Of a DNA stretch of 64,000 nucleotides, positions 28,456 to 39,062 are shown one piece after another. The position numbers and the translations under genes are program-made. Source of the stretch: Candidatus Cloacimonadales bacterium (GTDB lineage: Bacteria > Cloacimonadota > Cloacimonadia > Cloacimonadales > DAONDQ01); contig OY759316.1 of assembly GCA_963662275.1 (NCBI GenBank), positions 2,656,001-2,720,000 on the forward strand, read 5' to 3'. Numbering within the stretch: position 1 is the stretch's first letter; each line of letters begins with the position of its first letter. Under the pieces are notes generated by a model, which saw only the letters and a list, made by a program, of their open reading frames with translations, made no database searches and was not told where the DNA came from.

Positions 28456-29808
28456 CTATGGCATGAAGAATAGATCACCATCTTGTAAGTATATCTTCAT
28501 ATCGATCATCGGTATCTTTGAAGCAGGATTTGGTGTTATTGTATATCCATATTGTTTATGTATTTTCTTCCCTCTTGTTTCAGCGTACACATGAACCAAT
28601 TGCCCTGGTTTGACATGCAGAATACAATTCCCTTCTTTGATCAAAATTGTCCATTGATGCGATGCAACTGTTGAATCAACGGTCATTTCCAGTTTTCCTT
28701 TTTCAAGTGTCAGCCAGTATTCAAGCGGAATATTATTTGGTAAAGTGATATACATTTTCTGGCTTAATTTTGTAAATATCCCTTTCTTCTTCTGTATATA
28801 GGTTGCTTGATAAGTTGTATCTTTTATGAATTCCCAAAGCTGACTCTTTATTGCACTACTCGGAACAGCAAAACCTTGAGCATCGAAATTAAGATTGAAC
28901 CAGTCCCCTGGATGAAGAGAAACATCCGCTTCCGGTATGGACATCTGAATTTGAGCTTTTCGACATATGTCGATGTATTCAGCTTTTCCAACAAATGCCT
29001 TTTCCTTCTCATAAGGAGTAGCAAATACTACAGCAAGTACCAATAGTAATGCTAAAAACAAGACAGCAACCTGCATCCATTGTGTTTTTTCTGGAACTTT
29101 TTGTTCTGTTGGACAATATAATAGAAAATGATGAAGGTTCATGATGTAAAAAATGAATGCACCTGTCAGATAGACCAATCCACCAGACCAGAAGATATCT
29201 GAAGCAAAATGACCTCCCTGGACAATTCTTGCAAATCCCATAATACTACCCATTGAGATGCCTAAAACTAGGAACAATGTAGCAAGAAGCGGATATTTTC
29301 TTCTGATTACAAAAAAAGGAGCAAATAGATAGAAACCCATTGCTGCATGTCCGGATGGAAAGCTCTTTCCATAGCTTGATTTATCGATACTTAATACTTT
29401 TTCATATTGAGATTTACCACCGAATTCAACGATTTCCCGAGGTCTTGGTCTTCCCCAATGATCCTTGAAGATTACATTAACGATTAATCCCGGTCCTATG
29501 ATCATGAGCATAATAAGAAATAGGGCGATTTTTCGATACTGAATCATCCCTAATTTCTGGTAACTGTATGCTAGCATAAAAACGGCTGCTAGGGATAGTA
29601 ATAATGCCGGGAGATTCCCAAAATGGTAGAAAATACCCCAGAGAATTGAATCTCTAAGAATCCAACCGCTCCCTGGCAGATAAAAATGTCTTTCAATCTG
29701 CATATCCCATGGAAATATTCGTAAAAGAACCGTTGCAACTGCCAGAATAACAGTCGGGATGAGAAAATCAAGAAATATCCAGAAACGGGGGTAGGTTCTA
29801 TCTTCCAT
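28456..29808 (-). CDS. PAP2-family membrane phosphatase (LpxF-like) with a C-terminal extracytoplasmic extension
   Basis: K..WGRPRP, SFPSGH and ARI.QGGHF.SD catalytic motifs. Confidence 0.85.
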   Translation of the reverse strand: MEDRTYPRFWIFLDFLIPTVILAVATVLLRIFPWDMQIERHFYLPGSGWILRDSILWGIFYHFGNLPALLLSLAAVFMLAYSYQKLGMIQYRKIALFLIMLMIIGPGLIVNVIFKDHWGRPRPREIVEFGGKSQYEKVLSIDKSSYGKSFPSGHAAMGFYLFAPFFVIRRKYPLLATLFLVLGISMGSIMGFARIVQGGHFASDIFWSGGLVYLTGAFIFYIMNLHHFLLYCPTEQKVPEKTQWMQVAVLFLALLLVLAVVFATPYEKEKAFVGKAEYIDICRKAQIQMSIPEADVSLHPGDWFNLNFDAQGFAVPSSAIKSQLWEFIKDTTYQATYIQKKKGIFTKLSQKMYITLPNNIPLEYWLTLEKGKLEMTVDSTVASHQWTILIKEGNCILHVKPGQLVHVYAETRGKKIHKQYGYTITPNPASKIPMIDMKIYLQDGDLFFMP

Positions 29809-29943
29809 ATAGGAACTCCTTTTCTAATCACATGAGATAATCAATAAAGCAGACCTAACTCTTCCCCACTTTTATTAAAAAAGTATGATTTTTATCTCAA
29901 AAAAAAGGTATGCATTTACTAAATAGAAGCAAGGAAAATAAAC

Positions 29944-29979
29944 AAAAAATGGCATTCCCCTTTATGAGGAATGCCATTC
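29944..29979 (-). terminator. Intrinsic terminator after the nuoE/nuoF/fusion operon
   Basis: AATGGCATTCC...GGAATGCCATT hairpin with a U-tract on the minus strand. Confidence 0.75.
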
Positions 29980-29991
29980 TATGTAATATAC

Positions 29992-32900
29992 TTAATTGTG
30001 AGTCATTTCCTTGAGCTTATTCATCTCAAGCCGAGATTTGTTCCGGTTCTTAATGACAACAGTCTTAACGTTTGAGACTTGTGAAAGAATCTTACGTAAT
30101 TCATCAACTGTCATATCGACCGGTGTTAGTTCAGCAAAGTATTTCACAACACGATTCTGCCAATTCAAGGGTTCAGCCATGACTGGAGGAATCCAACCTA
30201 ATTCCACAAACATCAGCAGGATAGATGAAAGCATCAGAGAACGTTTCGGGTTATGATAATGAACCAATCTGCCATCATCACTGATACTGGTTCCCTCTAT
30301 TTCAAGATAAGTAGGTTGTGGCAGAATCATATCGACAGGAGCTTCTTCATCCATATGAGTTAGAAAAGCTACCTGGAAAACATCCTTCACTCCTGATGAA
30401 ATAGCTGCTGTCTGTCCATAATAAATCTGGAATTCACCATTTTCTACTTTTTCTGGCTGAACACCTAGTGATAATAAACCATTCAGATTTGCCCATTCAG
30501 AGGTTGCCAAAACTCCTGTTCCCGGTTTGAAATCTGAATACCAGGAAGCATTTTTCCAAAACTTGAGTATGGTTTCCTCAGCCGTATGCTGTATATTATA
30601 AAGAAAGAATGGACGAGGATATTTCTCTATATCACGAGCAAAGTCCTGTATTCTATCATATCGGGCATCAGCAAAACGGTTGAAGGCAATTTCCTTTGGT
30701 TCAACAATCACCAGTTTTTTACCCTTACGCTGGTGTAATCTACACACAGTACGCAAGGTTTGGCTGATAGTCCCGATAATAACTATCGTATCCGCATCCT
30801 TTAATTCCTCAAAAGAACGGGGCATGATAGAAGTATTCATTAGCTGGTCTGTAAACATACCCGGATATCCAAGACAGGAAATATCTGCTTTCAGATTCTC
30901 AGCAACATTCTGAAGCATCATTGTCTCTTCATTTGTAATATTTGGTGAAATAAAGACCTGGTGACTCTTCGCCATGATCGCCTTTTCTTTTATGATCGCA
31001 GCAGCTTCTTCCCAAGTGATCTTCTCCCAATTTTTCCCTTTACGAATATGAGGGACATGAACACGGTTTGGTGCTTCCATTACCTGCCAACCAAAATGTC
31101 CATAAAAGCATATATTCCTTCCGTTAAAGTAATCTCCTGAAGAATATGAATCATAGTCATTCCCATTACAGGGAGGAGTAACCTGGGTAACTGTCTGTGT
31201 TTGAGCTTCCACATTGATGAAACAACCCGTTCCGCAGTTAGCACAATTCTGAAGCGTATTTGTCTTCAGTAATGGGTTTTGTTTATAATATAAATTCTTC
31301 TCTGTTAAAGCACCAACAGGACAAACAGAGACACATTTTCCACAGGATTCACAAGTAGTTTTTGTTAGGCTTTCCCCATATTCTGGAGCTACCATACTTG
31401 GAAATCCGCGATACATGTATCCGAGAACATTGGCTCCTTGTATTTCAGCACAGATACGTGTACATCTACCGCACACGATACATTTATTCTCATCACGACG
31501 TATGAAGGGATGGGATTCATCTATTGGATGTTTGCCATTATCTCCGGCAAGTAATCCAATATGGGCATCATAATCTGTTGCATATTTTCGCAAATAGCAG
31601 GTTTCATTTACCTGGCAGCCGCATTCGAGACAACGATCTGCTTCTTTATGTGCGGTTTCCTGATCAAATCCAAGCTCTACTTCCATAAAAGAAGATATAG
31701 CTTTTTGTACTGCTATTTCAGGCATTTCAGCACGAGATATCTTTTCATATTGTGCATATACTTCCGGCATAATCTCTTTGACTTTCGCTGCTTTCTTAGA
31801 ATCAAAGCGTTCCTTTGGATTAACCAGCGCTTTTCCCTGCAGATACAGATCGATCATCTCAGCAGCAAGACGTCCATCTGCAATTGCTTCAATTGCTGTG
31901 GCTGCACCACGACGGAAATCACCACCAGCAAAGACATTCGCCATATTCATATACATGGTTTTTTCATCAGCTAATGCTGTTGACCAGCGACTGAGCGGGA
32001 ATTGCTTCCCTTCAATGTAGTTTGCTTCATCTGCAAAGACGGCTATGTCTGGTACCTGAGAGATAGCAGCTATGACCATATCAAATTCTTCTATCACAAA
32101 TTCACCTGTAGGTTCAGGACGGCGTCTGCCACTGGCATCCGGAGCGCCTAAAGCCATCTTTTCCATCTTGATTTGAGCAAGTATTCCATTCACTCCAAGA
32201 TACTCAACAGGATTTGTCAGATAATGGAAATGGATACCTTCATGACCTGATGCTTCAATTTCAAAAGGTTCAGCAGGCATTTCTTCACGAGTACGACGAT
32301 AGATGATCGTCACATCCGCACCTAGTCTCCGGCTGGTTCGAGCGCAATCAATAGCGGTATTACCACCACCCACAACCGCAACTTTCTTCCCTATTTTGGG
32401 ATTATTTCCCATCGCTACATCTTTCAGGAAATCTACTCCCAGGAAGCAACCTTCCAAGTCACTGCCCTGTACAGGCATGGGAACAGCCTTTTGAGCACCA
32501 ATAGCAACATAAACAGCATCATATTTCTTGGATAAGTCGGAAAGCTTATGATCCCGTCCCAAGATATGATTTGTATGTATCTTCATGCCATTGCAGCACA
32601 TCAATTCGATTTCCTTATCCAATATCTCTTTCGGGAGACGATATTCAGGAATGCCATATCGAAGCCAACCACCAGCAGCAGGAGCAGCTTCTATAACATC
32701 AACATCATAACCGTTCGTAGTTAAATAAAAACCACAAGTCAAACCCGAAGGTCCGCCACCAATAATAGCTATTTTTTTACCTTTCAAAGGATTTCGTTCA
32801 GGAGTATAAGACCAGGCATCATTCAGATCATTATCTGCTGCATAGCGCTTCAATTGGCGGATAGCAACAGAATCTTCAACGATTTGTCGGCGACATTCTC

Positions 32901-33351
32901 TTTCACAAAAGGCTGGACATACACGTCCGATTGAGAGAGGCATAGGCAGTGTATCCTTGAGTACTTTCACAGCTTCATGGTACTGCCCGTTAGCAATTAA
33001 GGATACATATCCCTGGACTTCCACATGATCAGGACAGGCAATCTTGCATGGTGCTTCACAATCTGCATAATGGTTAGATAAAAGTAACTCTAAAGCCATT
33101 TTTCTTGCTTTGCGTACGGCTTCATTGTCTGTTTCTATTTCCATACCATTTAACACATCTGTTCCGCAAGCCGTGACAAAACCTCGTCTGCCTTTCACTT
33201 CTACGGCACAAACCCAACACGAACCATACGGATGAAGTTCTTCATCGTGACAAAGTGTCGGTATGTAAATTCCATTATCTTTGGCAACTTCAAGTATCGT
33301 TTTACCAGGTTCTACCTGTATATTATTTCCATTTAGTTTAATTTGAAACAT
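29992..33351 (-). CDS. NuoG/HydA-like Fe-S scaffold fused to a GltD-like FAD/NADP(H) oxidoreductase and a degenerate molybdopterin-fold tail
   Basis: N-terminal 2Fe-2S (IPTLC...GSCWVC...AC); GltD-type APC..ACP, GRVCP..CE..C, GGGPSG, GGGNTA.DCAR and YRR motifs; 2x[4Fe-4S] (CIVCGRC..IC, CESCGKC..VCP); CANCGTGC. Confidence 0.88.
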   Translation of the reverse strand: MFQIKLNGNNIQVEPGKTILEVAKDNGIYIPTLCHDEELHPYGSCWVCAVEVKGRRGFVTACGTDVLNGMEIETDNEAVRKARKMALELLLSNHYADCEAPCKIACPDHVEVQGYVSLIANGQYHEAVKVLKDTLPMPLSIGRVCPAFCERECRRQIVEDSVAIRQLKRYAADNDLNDAWSYTPERNPLKGKKIAIIGGGPSGLTCGFYLTTNGYDVDVIEAAPAAGGWLRYGIPEYRLPKEILDKEIELMCCNGMKIHTNHILGRDHKLSDLSKKYDAVYVAIGAQKAVPMPVQGSDLEGCFLGVDFLKDVAMGNNPKIGKKVAVVGGGNTAIDCARTSRRLGADVTIIYRRTREEMPAEPFEIEASGHEGIHFHYLTNPVEYLGVNGILAQIKMEKMALGAPDASGRRRPEPTGEFVIEEFDMVIAAISQVPDIAVFADEANYIEGKQFPLSRWSTALADEKTMYMNMANVFAGGDFRRGAATAIEAIADGRLAAEMIDLYLQGKALVNPKERFDSKKAAKVKEIMPEVYAQYEKISRAEMPEIAVQKAISSFMEVELGFDQETAHKEADRCLECGCQVNETCYLRKYATDYDAHIGLLAGDNGKHPIDESHPFIRRDENKCIVCGRCTRICAEIQGANVLGYMYRGFPSMVAPEYGESLTKTTCESCGKCVSVCPVGALTEKNLYYKQNPLLKTNTLQNCANCGTGCFINVEAQTQTVTQVTPPCNGNDYDSYSSGDYFNGRNICFYGHFGWQVMEAPNRVHVPHIRKGKNWEKITWEEAAAIIKEKAIMAKSHQVFISPNITNEETMMLQNVAENLKADISCLGYPGMFTDQLMNTSIMPRSFEELKDADTIVIIGTISQTLRTVCRLHQRKGKKLVIVEPKEIAFNRFADARYDRIQDFARDIEKYPRPFFLYNIQHTAEETILKFWKNASWYSDFKPGTGVLATSEWANLNGLLSLGVQPEKVENGEFQIYYGQTAAISSGVKDVFQVAFLTHMDEEAPVDMILPQPTYLEIEGTSISDDGRLVHYHNPKRSLMLSSILLMFVELGWIPPVMAEPLNWQNRVVKYFAELTPVDMTVDELRKILSQVSNVKTVVIKNRNKSRLEMNKLKEMTHN

Positions 33352-33361
33352 GTTGTATCTC

Positions 33362-35137
33362 CTAACATTTCCGTATTGCATCAAATTTACATGTCTGAAT
33401 GCAAGCACCACATTTGATACAGGCTTTCTGATCAATGACATGAGGTTGCTTGACAGTGCCGGTTATGCACTTTACAGGACATTTCCGGGCACAAGCTGTA
33501 CATCCAATGCATTTTGCCGGATCAATTTCATATTTGACCAATGCCTCACATGAATGTGCCGGACAGCGCTTTTCCTGGATATGAGCAATATATTCATCTC
33601 GAAAATACTGAAGGGTTGTTAATACTGGATTGGGTGCGGTCTGACCTAATCCGCAAAGTGAAGTTTTATGAATATTCTCTGCTAATAACATAAGTGTATC
33701 CAAATCTTCCATCTTACCTTCACCTTTCGTGATGCGAGTCAGGATTTCCAGCATACGCTTAGTCCCGATGCGACAAAAAGTACATTTCCCACAGGATTCA
33801 TTTTGAGTGAAATTTAGGAAAAACTTGGCAATATCCACCATACAGGTACCGGAATCCATGACAACCATACCACCAGATCCCATGATGGCACCAGTCTTGT
33901 TAATGGAATCATAATCAACAAGCGTATCGAGTAATGATTCAGGAATACAGCCACCGGAAGGACCACCCATCTGGACAGCCTTGAAAGGTCGTTCTGTCTT
34001 CATGCCACCACCGACTTTATAGATCACATCACGAAGACTCATACCCATAGGTACTTCAATAACACCGCTATTACGAATCATCCCGGCAAGTGCAAAAGCT
34101 TTGGTTCCCTTTGCTTTTTCAGTTCCATATGCTGCATAAGCAGCAGAACCATTATCAATAATCCAAGGAATGTTTGCCCATGTTTCCACATTATTGATAT
34201 TTGTTGGTTTTCCCCATAAACCTGATTGTGCAGGGAAAGGTGGACGTATATTAGGCATACCGCGTTTTCCTTCGATGGATGCCATAAGTGCAGTTTCTTC
34301 TCCACAAACAAAAGCACCTGCCCCTTCCTTGATATGAAGTTCAAAGTGAAATCCTGTATCCATAATATTATCACCGAGATAGCCTCTTTCTTCAGCAGCA
34401 GCAATGGCTTTGATCAATCTCTTGATCGCAAGTGGATATTCAGCTCTGCAATATACATATCCTTCATCTGCTCCAATGGCATAGGCACCAATGATCATAC
34501 CTTCTATGACACTGTGAGGATCGCCTTCCAGGATGCTTTTATCCATAAATGCACCAGGGTCACCTTCATCAGCATTACAAATGATGTATTTCTTATCTCC
34601 TTTTGCATCGTGGGCAAACTTCCACTTCAGACCAGTGGGAAATCCAGCTCCACCACGACCGCGTAAACCGGATTGCAGTACTTCATCAATAACCTGCAAA
34701 GGAGTCATATTGGTTAGCACTTGACGAAGTGCTTCATATCCATGTTGTTCAATACTTGCTTCAATAGATTCTGGGTCAATTACTCCGCAATTACGCAAAA
34801 CGATACGTGTCTGGCTACGGAAATTTGTATTTTCTGAAGCTTCTGAATCAGAAGCCAGGACTTTATGATCTTGAAGAGGTTTCCCTTCTGCATAAGCTAA
34901 AATATAGGGGGTAATATTTTCAGCAGTAACTTTACCATAGGTTATTGTTTCTTTGCCTTCCCCCGAGAATTCTACCAAGGGCTCCTGGAAACACAACCCG
35001 ATACATCCTGCTTGAGTTAGTTTACCTGGAATGGAAGGCTGTGTTTTTAGCAAATTTTCGATAGCATGATACACATCTCCGGCACCTGCAGCCAATCCAC
35101 AACTTGCCATACCGACTTTGATTTGGAATTTTGCCAA
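33362..35137 (-). CDS. nuoF: NuoF/HydB-type NADH-binding flavoprotein subunit with C-terminal 2x[4Fe-4S]
   Basis: SGLRGRGGAGFPTG.KW, NADEGDPGAFMD, GAGAFVCGEETAL, GGPSGGC, ESCGKC..CR and two CxxCxxCxxxC motifs. Confidence 0.93.
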   Translation of the reverse strand: MAKFQIKVGMASCGLAAGAGDVYHAIENLLKTQPSIPGKLTQAGCIGLCFQEPLVEFSGEGKETITYGKVTAENITPYILAYAEGKPLQDHKVLASDSEASENTNFRSQTRIVLRNCGVIDPESIEASIEQHGYEALRQVLTNMTPLQVIDEVLQSGLRGRGGAGFPTGLKWKFAHDAKGDKKYIICNADEGDPGAFMDKSILEGDPHSVIEGMIIGAYAIGADEGYVYCRAEYPLAIKRLIKAIAAAEERGYLGDNIMDTGFHFELHIKEGAGAFVCGEETALMASIEGKRGMPNIRPPFPAQSGLWGKPTNINNVETWANIPWIIDNGSAAYAAYGTEKAKGTKAFALAGMIRNSGVIEVPMGMSLRDVIYKVGGGMKTERPFKAVQMGGPSGGCIPESLLDTLVDYDSINKTGAIMGSGGMVVMDSGTCMVDIAKFFLNFTQNESCGKCTFCRIGTKRMLEILTRITKGEGKMEDLDTLMLLAENIHKTSLCGLGQTAPNPVLTTLQYFRDEYIAHIQEKRCPAHSCEALVKYEIDPAKCIGCTACARKCPVKCITGTVKQPHVIDQKACIKCGACIQTCKFDAIRKC

Positions 35138-35149
35138 AATTTCCTCCCT

Positions 35150-35611
35150 TTAAAATTTGAACTTTTCTAAAATTGCAGGAAGTAAATCTGCATTCAGAGT
35201 TCCAAAGGTCGAATCATCTACCATGATCACCGGAGCTAAACTACAGCAACCCAGGCAGGCAACTTCCATTACGGTAAAAACTCCATCTTCAGAAGTATCT
35301 TGAGTGGCTTCCAGCTTCAAATATTCACGTAATCCTTTCACAAGGGCATTAGCCCCTGATACATGACAGGCTGTTCCTTTGCAGATACGGATCGTATGCT
35401 TCCCCTGGGGACGCAGACGGAACATGGAATAGAAAGTCGCAACACCATAGATGTCCGAAACGGCAGTACCTGTTTGATCTGCAAGATAGCTCATTGTTTC
35501 CCTGGAAAGGAATCCTTCCAATCTTTGTGCTTCCTGCATGAGCGGAATGAGAGCACCTTTTTTGTGATGAAACTTGGCAATGATTTGGTCAAGCTCTTGC
35601 TTCTGCATCAC
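35150..35611 (-). CDS. nuoE: NuoE/HydC-type 2Fe-2S subunit
   Basis: YGVATFYSMF, C.GTACHV.G and ACLGCC..APV motifs. Confidence 0.93.
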   Translation of the reverse strand: MMQKQELDQIIAKFHHKKGALIPLMQEAQRLEGFLSRETMSYLADQTGTAVSDIYGVATFYSMFRLRPQGKHTIRICKGTACHVSGANALVKGLREYLKLEATQDTSEDGVFTVMEVACLGCCSLAPVIMVDDSTFGTLNADLLPAILEKFKF

Positions 35612-35888
35612 GTCTCCTTTTTTTCGGAAGATTTGACAGCATCAAATCTGCATCCGAAAGATATTATTTTATGGGCAGAAACTCCTTTTGAGGGGGTTTT
35701 GTGTCAATAAAAAAATGCCTTGTTATAGCTATTTCCCGGTCTGAGACAGCTCAAAAAACAGGATTATAATCGATAATCTTATCTTTGTATTCAAAAATAG
35801 TGGTTCTTTTTCAAATTTTATCAACCTACTATGATAAATAATACATATCCTATCTTTCTCAATCACTTACATTTATAATTAAGCTCGT

Positions 35889-35966
35889 GTAGAGACGCCC
35901 GACTCGGGTATCTCATTTTTTCTGTAGTCGTATTAATGTAGAGCATCGTGAGTTGGGTGTCTCTAC
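35889..35966. repeat. Inverted pair of GTAG REP-like units
   Basis: GTAGAGACGCCCGACTC(GGGTATCTC) at 35889; the reverse complement of 35950-35966 is GTAGAGACACCCAACTC (15/17 match). Confidence 0.7.
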
Positions 35967-36098
35967 CTAACCTTTTCTAGTGCATCTCCATAACATTCGT
36001 ACTGCGAAATGAGAGTTTCTATTTCATAAATTTTACTTGACCTAAGTGTATCTTTAGAAAAGATGAAAAGTCCCGTTCTAAATATTTTAGAGGTAATT

Positions 36099-37760
36099 AT
36101 GAAGATAGAAGTTCGAATCGATGATGAATTCTGCTGCAACTATGAGACAGAAGTTCCCATCACAATTGGTGAATTATTCACGAAGGTTGAGATTCCTCAA
36201 TGTGAAGCTCTCTGCTATAAACTGAATCAGGTTAAATATGTCGCAGATGATTTCCTGATCACTGATAATTCCATGATAAATTGTATCAGCTATATGCATC
36301 CGGAAGGTTATAGAATATACCAGGATTCTACTATCTTTGTTATGGCAAAGGCATTCCATAATCTCTTTCCTGCTCCAATCAAATTAGTAATAGAGCACTC
36401 CATTGGGGATGGTATCTATTGTGAGGTCTTTGGAAAGGAACGTTTCACAGAAATGGATGCGGTTGCGTTGAAGAATGAAATGCTCCGTATTATCAAAAAT
36501 GGTAGCTTGATAGAAATCGTGAAATGTACTTTTGATGAAGCTGGGAAAATCTTCCAGGAAATGGGACGTAAGGATTTGCTGGAGAACTTGGATTATTACT
36601 CACCACGTACAATTCCCCTTTATCAATGTGAAGGTTATTACGATTTTTATATCCGTCCCTTAGCCACCTCAACTGCACTAATCAGTAAATTTTCAATTAT
36701 TTATCATTCTCCAGGATTCGTTCTCCGTTTTCCCCGTGAACATGAAGATCAGATCACTACGAATTTTGTATTACCCAAACAACTGTTTATTACACATCAG
36801 GAACATGATAAATGGCTGAATATTCTCAAAGTACATAATATGGTCGATCTGAATAAACTGATTGATAGTTATCGAATCAGTGATTTCATACTCGTAGAAG
36901 AAGCTCTTCATGAAAAGAAGATTGCTAACATCGCGGATGAAATCGTTAACAAAACTAGGGCAAAAATCATACTGATCGCAGGTCCATCCTCTTCGGGAAA
37001 AACTACATTTGCTAAACGTATTGCAGTTCAATTAAAAGTATGTGGTGTGATTCCTATGGTTATTGGAATGGACGATTATTTCCTTCCCCGAACTCTCACA
37101 CCCTTAAAACCAAATGGTGAATATGATTTTGAATCCATCGATTCTCTTGATCTGCAGTTGTTGAATGAGCATCTTTCCATTTTGCTTGATGGCGGTGAAG
37201 TTGAGCTACCTAAGTATAATTTCAGCCAGGGCATCCAGATGAACAGCCATATTAAAATTCAGCTTGGAAAAAATAATGTGATTGTTATGGAAGGAATACA
37301 TGGCTTGAATGAAAAACTTACTTCTTCAATACCTTTCAACCAGAAAGTCAAAATCTATGTAAGCGCTTTAAATCAATTGAACATCGATGATCATAACCGT
37401 ATTCCCACAACAGATTGCCGTAAATTAAGAAGAATGATTCGTGATTATAAATATCGTGGCTATGCAGCAGAAGAAACTCTGATGCGTTGGTCTTCTGTTC
37501 GTGATGGTGAAGATAAGAATATATTCCCATTCCAGGAAGAAGCTGATTTCATGTTTAATAGCAGTCTTACCTATGAATTGGGTGTCCTGAAACATCATGC
37601 CATGTCATTACTCGCAAGTGTATCCAAATATTCGCCTGCTCATACGGAAGCACATAGATTAATGAAAATTCTCGATTTTGTAAAAGAAATACCTGATAAT
37701 CAAGTTCCTCTTAATTCCATTTTAAGAGAATTTACAGACGGCAGTCTGTTCCGCTACTAA
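36099..37760 (+). CDS. Nucleoside/uridine kinase family protein with an N-terminal ThrRS-like region
   Basis: P-loop AGPSSSGKTT, DDYF, EGIHGLN, R..RR..RD...RG, W.SV..GE..NIFP.QE.AD motifs. Confidence 0.88.
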   Translation: MKIEVRIDDEFCCNYETEVPITIGELFTKVEIPQCEALCYKLNQVKYVADDFLITDNSMINCISYMHPEGYRIYQDSTIFVMAKAFHNLFPAPIKLVIEHSIGDGIYCEVFGKERFTEMDAVALKNEMLRIIKNGSLIEIVKCTFDEAGKIFQEMGRKDLLENLDYYSPRTIPLYQCEGYYDFYIRPLATSTALISKFSIIYHSPGFVLRFPREHEDQITTNFVLPKQLFITHQEHDKWLNILKVHNMVDLNKLIDSYRISDFILVEEALHEKKIANIADEIVNKTRAKIILIAGPSSSGKTTFAKRIAVQLKVCGVIPMVIGMDDYFLPRTLTPLKPNGEYDFESIDSLDLQLLNEHLSILLDGGEVELPKYNFSQGIQMNSHIKIQLGKNNVIVMEGIHGLNEKLTSSIPFNQKVKIYVSALNQLNIDDHNRIPTTDCRKLRRMIRDYKYRGYAAEETLMRWSSVRDGEDKNIFPFQEEADFMFNSSLTYELGVLKHHAMSLLASVSKYSPAHTEAHRLMKILDFVKEIPDNQVPLNSILREFTDGSLFRY

Positions 37761-37761
37761 G

Positions 37762-38112
37762 ATGTCGCAAATACTCTGTTGGAACATTGATTATACTCCT
37801 ACTGTTAAACCTTGGAGTACTGTAAAGTGTCCGGATAAAAAGAAGGTAGTCGAATATTTACAACCGGATTCCATTATCCTGGTTTCCTCTGACATCTGGG
37901 CAAAGGAAGATTACAGACAATTCCTCATAATGTCAAAAATCCATTATCCGAATATCCGTTTGGGAATTGTGGTAAAAAGAAAGAAAAAAGCTATTATCAT
38001 GGGAACCTATCTAAAAACATCAGAGATTGAGAATTTCATTCAAGCAAGCATGAGAAGGCATTTTAAGCTGGTTGATCATAAGAAAATTGTAGAATGTGCT
38101 TATAAGCATTAA
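37762..38112 (+). CDS. Hypothetical protein
   Basis: 116-aa ORF abutting the kinase stop codon; no recognisable motif. Confidence 0.55.
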   Translation: MSQILCWNIDYTPTVKPWSTVKCPDKKKVVEYLQPDSIILVSSDIWAKEDYRQFLIMSKIHYPNIRLGIVVKRKKKAIIMGTYLKTSEIENFIQASMRRHFKLVDHKKIVECAYKH

Positions 38113-38345
38113 TTTCTTTTCTCTTATCTTAATGACCCAATGGGGGATTTATAGTCACCTTTGTAGGGGTTAAGACATCATTATTGGTTGAAAGTCATGA
38201 ATTGATTAATTTATCTAAATAATGATACTTTTTGATTGTAAATAGTACAAAATACCTTGATGAACTTGAAAAATCTAATGAATCTTAGTTCATTCTACAA
38301 ACTACTATCACTCCAAAAAACATAATACACCCATTGTGTAATTAA

Positions 38346-39062
38346 TCAATTTTGTTTTTCAGTTGTTGGTTTCGCGAAAGGTGGTAGTGATAAAACTGCA
38401 ATCCATGAACTCAAATCAATTGCCATATTACCTGCTCGTGGAAAGAAGACAAGTGGAGTACAAATTACCATCAGTGGCGGAAGTAAAATGGAAGCGGGTG
38501 CAGAAGAATAATCTCCAAAGGCATTACTATAGCACATTAAATCACCTTTTTTGGGATCGAACACGAACATCGATATATTAGCTCTACTACTTGCGCCAAT
38601 AAACCAATATGACCTTTTCACTTCATTGATCTTTATTATCCCAATTAATCCTGAGTTATCTGGTTGGATACTTTTAATTACCTCAGGACTGATACTTCTG
38701 ATTTTTGCATCACTTTGAAGATATCCATATAGTTCTTTTCCCTTTTTAGAAGATGCGTTAATTTTTGCAGGCATATTGATCTTAATATCCTGATTAACCT
38801 GATCTGGTATTGTGATGTCTACATTACTTTCAGTTATCGAATACCCATGTGAAATTATTCTTTTTTTCATCATTTTAGAAACGTATCCAGTGTAACTATG
38901 CTTTGTATCCTGCCTTGCATCAATAATAGGAAGTAGAGTTATTTTGTTATTTCCACGTTCATAATAATCATTAGCAATATAAGATACATAAATAGGAGCA
39001 CATCCTGTGAGGATTACCATCGCAATAATAAGAATAAAAAAATGATAGAATCTTTTGCTCAT
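38346..39062 (-). CDS. Hypothetical lipoprotein
   Basis: Lipobox LTGC after a hydrophobic leader; GGAGG RBS. Confidence 0.7.
   Translation of the reverse strand: MSKRFYHFFILIIAMVILTGCAPIYVSYIANDYYERGNNKITLLPIIDARQDTKHSYTGYVSKMMKKRIISHGYSITESNVDITIPDQVNQDIKINMPAKINASSKKGKELYGYLQSDAKIRSISPEVIKSIQPDNSGLIGIIKINEVKRSYWFIGASSRANISMFVFDPKKGDLMCYSNAFGDYSSAPASILLPPLMVICTPLVFFPRAGNMAIDLSSWIAVLSLPPFAKPTTEKQN

Noticed and set aside
29992..35611. Respiratory complex I, [FeFe]-hydrogenase or formate dehydrogenase
   Set aside because: No membrane Nuo subunits, no H-cluster motifs (TSCCP, MPC..K..E) and no recognisable Mo/W-ligating Cys/Sec region.
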